From positions 96,210-160,209 of the forward strand of contig PWHW01000002.1 in the NCBI GenBank assembly GCA_003555075.1: a stretch of DNA of 64,000 nucleotides. Direction: 5' to 3'. Below, one piece after another: positions 62,676 to 64,000 of the stretch. This DNA is from Candidatus Nealsonbacteria bacterium. GTDB lineage: Bacteria; Patescibacteriota; Minisyncoccia; Minisyncoccales; PWPS01. The translations under genes were made by a program, and so were the position numbers. Numbering within the stretch: the first letter of the stretch is position 1; the number at the start of each line of letters is the position of its first letter. The notes under the pieces are model-generated. The model did no database searches. It had not been told where the DNA came from and worked only from the letters and a program-made list of their open reading frames with translations.

Positions 62676-62722
62676 AGCCTGTGCTGTGCCTGGCAAAGCA
62701 CAAGCTCCGCTTTTATTTTTCA
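62676..62722. repeat. partial second copy of the palindromic repeat element (copy B)
   Basis: TGTGCTgtgcctggcaaAGCACAAGCTCCGCTTTTATTTTT. It shares the 23-nt core and the TGTGCT/AGCACA arms with copy A, but lacks the left terminator arm. Confidence 0.55.
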
Positions 62723-62767
62723 TTTACCATCCCCATCTTTTTTGGTATTATAAGGAAAAATTAAACT

Positions 62768-63028
62768 ATGAATAGAAAAGCAAAGAAGATGATATATTAC
62801 GCTTTAACCATGACTTTAGGGCTTCTTTTTGCTTTCCTTTTCCACGCCATAGTGGAATTCTTTTATATCGATTACTCTTTAAGCGAAGGAGTGGCTCCGG
62901 ATCCGGGCGTAGCGGGGCATTTGTGCTATCTGCCGCTTTATATACAAATAATCCTCCCTTTTGCTGGAATCATTGGCGGATATTACCTCGGACGCCAATG
63001 GTGGTATAAAGTTTATGAGGGAAAATAA
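62768..63028 (+). CDS. hypothetical small membrane protein (86 aa)
   Basis: Two hydrophobic helices. Confidence 0.4.
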   Translation: MNRKAKKMIYYALTMTLGLLFAFLFHAIVEFFYIDYSLSEGVAPDPGVAGHLCYLPLYIQIILPFAGIIGGYYLGRQWWYKVYEGK

Positions 63029-63036
63029 AGTTTTTT

Positions 63037-64000
63037 ATGGAGAAGATCAAAATTCCGGAAATCATTTTTAAGTACTCTTGGATTTATGACCAAAACTGGA
63101 AAGCGGTAGGGGAGAGATTATCCATGGAGATTGAGCACCTTTCACAAGAAGACATAAGGGGATACATGAAAAAAGTCGAGAAATCATGGAAAGAGAACGA
63201 GAGGGATATCCTTGAAGAGCTTTCCAAAATAACTTCTTTAAGCTGGAAATCGGAAAGTATTACCTGTTATGTGGTAAAAAGATGTTTTATGCCTTCCGCT
63301 TTTTCCGATCCGCTTACGATCTCGGTACTTACTCACAAGAAAGAGGACGAGTTTGTCGACATTTTAACTCACGAGCTCATTCACCGCCTACTTACCGAGC
63401 CGGGGAGAAGGAGAGAACTTGAAAATTATCATAAATTAAAAGAAGAAAAGTATCCGGGAGAGTCACTTAAAGAAATGCAAGATTATGAGGAAAAACTTAG
63501 GTTGCTGGAAATAGGGGAGGACTCTCTTTCTCGTGCGTTTTCGGCCGAATATACTTTAAATGTAAATATATTAGATGATGGATTCTCTGAAGAAATGATT
63601 CCTTTTACTTCCAGAGGAGAGGTAAAAAGGGTTAATGCATTCATAGAACAAACATCGTTCTTTTTCAAGCCAAACGAAACAAAGAAGGAATTGGCAAAGT
63701 TTTATGCTCCGTCAATAGAAATGAATTTTGAAGAATCAAAAGAAATTCATGAACTTCCATTTTACTCATCTCCAACATCGACCAGTCTTGCCATAGAAAC
63801 ATTCAAAGGAAATGTTGTTGGAAAAATTTTAAATAGTGCAGTAATAGTTGCTGTTGTGCCGGGAGAGCAGTTGAATGTAATTCGAAAAGTTAACTTAAAA
63901 AACAAGACGCTAAGAACAATACTTGCACTTAATGTTTACGAGAAGGAGTATGGAGATCTTCCGGAAGAACTTGAAGAACTTGTTCCCGAATATCTTTCTC
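63037..64000 (+). CDS. hypothetical HExxH-motif protein (putative zinc metallopeptidase), 3' end truncated by the window edge
   Basis: Open frame from ATG 63037 with no stop through nt 64000 (321+ codons, translated by hand). Contains 'ILTHELIHRLLTE' (HExxH). Absent from the ORF track because it lacks a stop. Confidence 0.5.
   Translation, partial: MEKIKIPEIIFKYSWIYDQNWKAVGERLSMEIEHLSQEDIRGYMKKVEKSWKENERDILEELSKITSLSWKSESITCYVVKRCFMPSAFSDPLTISVLTHKKEDEFVDILTHELIHRLLTEPGRRRELENYHKLKEEKYPGESLKEMQDYEEKLRLLEIGEDSLSRAFSAEYTLNVNILDDGFSEEMIPFTSRGEVKRVNAFIEQTSFFFKPNETKKELAKFYAPSIEMNFEESKEIHELPFYSSPTSTSLAIETFKGNVVGKILNSAVIVAVVPGEQLNVIRKVNLKNKTLRTILALNVYEKEYGDLPEELEELVPEYLS

Overview
This is a compact, gene-dense bacterial segment of about 38-40% GC that uses the standard genetic code. 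TGA acts as a stop codon and a tRNA-Trp(CCA) is present. Many genes have strong AAGGAGG Shine-Dalgarno sites and TTG or GTG starts. The reduced gene versions (UvrC without its HhH tail, a short Rel, Zn-ribbon L33, a short DnaX) suggest a Patescibacteria/CPR-like or other small-genome monoderm; this is an inference.

The core content is housekeeping:
- the 3' end of a P-type ATPase, then pgk and uvrB-uvrA-uvrC
- a tRNA-Tyr/tRNA-Thr/rpmG/tRNA-Trp island that is not followed by secE-nusG-rplKA
- a Rel/SpoT enzyme, def, pcm, mltG, and an isolated rplJ-rplL
- tRNA-Val, acyP, and an Hsp20 gene behind a sigma70 promoter plus a CIRCE-like operator
- a Clp-like AAA+ protein with a membrane N-terminus
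- a dcw fragment (mraZ-rsmH-ftsL-ftsI) with GTGGG repeats in the mraZ promoter
- tRNA-Glu, transporters, rmuC, rplU, recR, dnaB, cysS, dnaX and tRNA-Gln
- pyrH, rarA, two paralogous HAD 5'-nucleotidase-like genes, a serpin and a YVTN beta-propeller protein

The most unusual region is ~41.5-47.2 kb. It encodes a NodB polysaccharide-deacetylase/sortase-domain fusion and a processive GT2 glycosyltransferase with a QxxRW motif. It also encodes a 52-aa micro-protein that is essentially only an LPSTG sorting signal, with its own strong RBS and terminator. Next comes a SipW-type signal peptidase, followed by proteins carrying SipW-cognate TasA/camelysin-type signal peptides; one has a tandem-repeated polyacidic tail. 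This looks like a previously undescribed surface fibre/matrix assembly module coupling sortase and SipW/TasA machinery.

Other points of interest: a 34-bp perfect palindrome upstream of uvrBAC, a Cys-rich micro-ORF between uvrA and uvrC, sigma-fragment-like repeat proteins, a serpin with a polyglutamate hinge, a DL-repeat polyacidic protein, and short hairpin repeats flanking a duplicated nucleotidase gene. No CRISPR array, rRNA or obvious transposase or integrase was seen.
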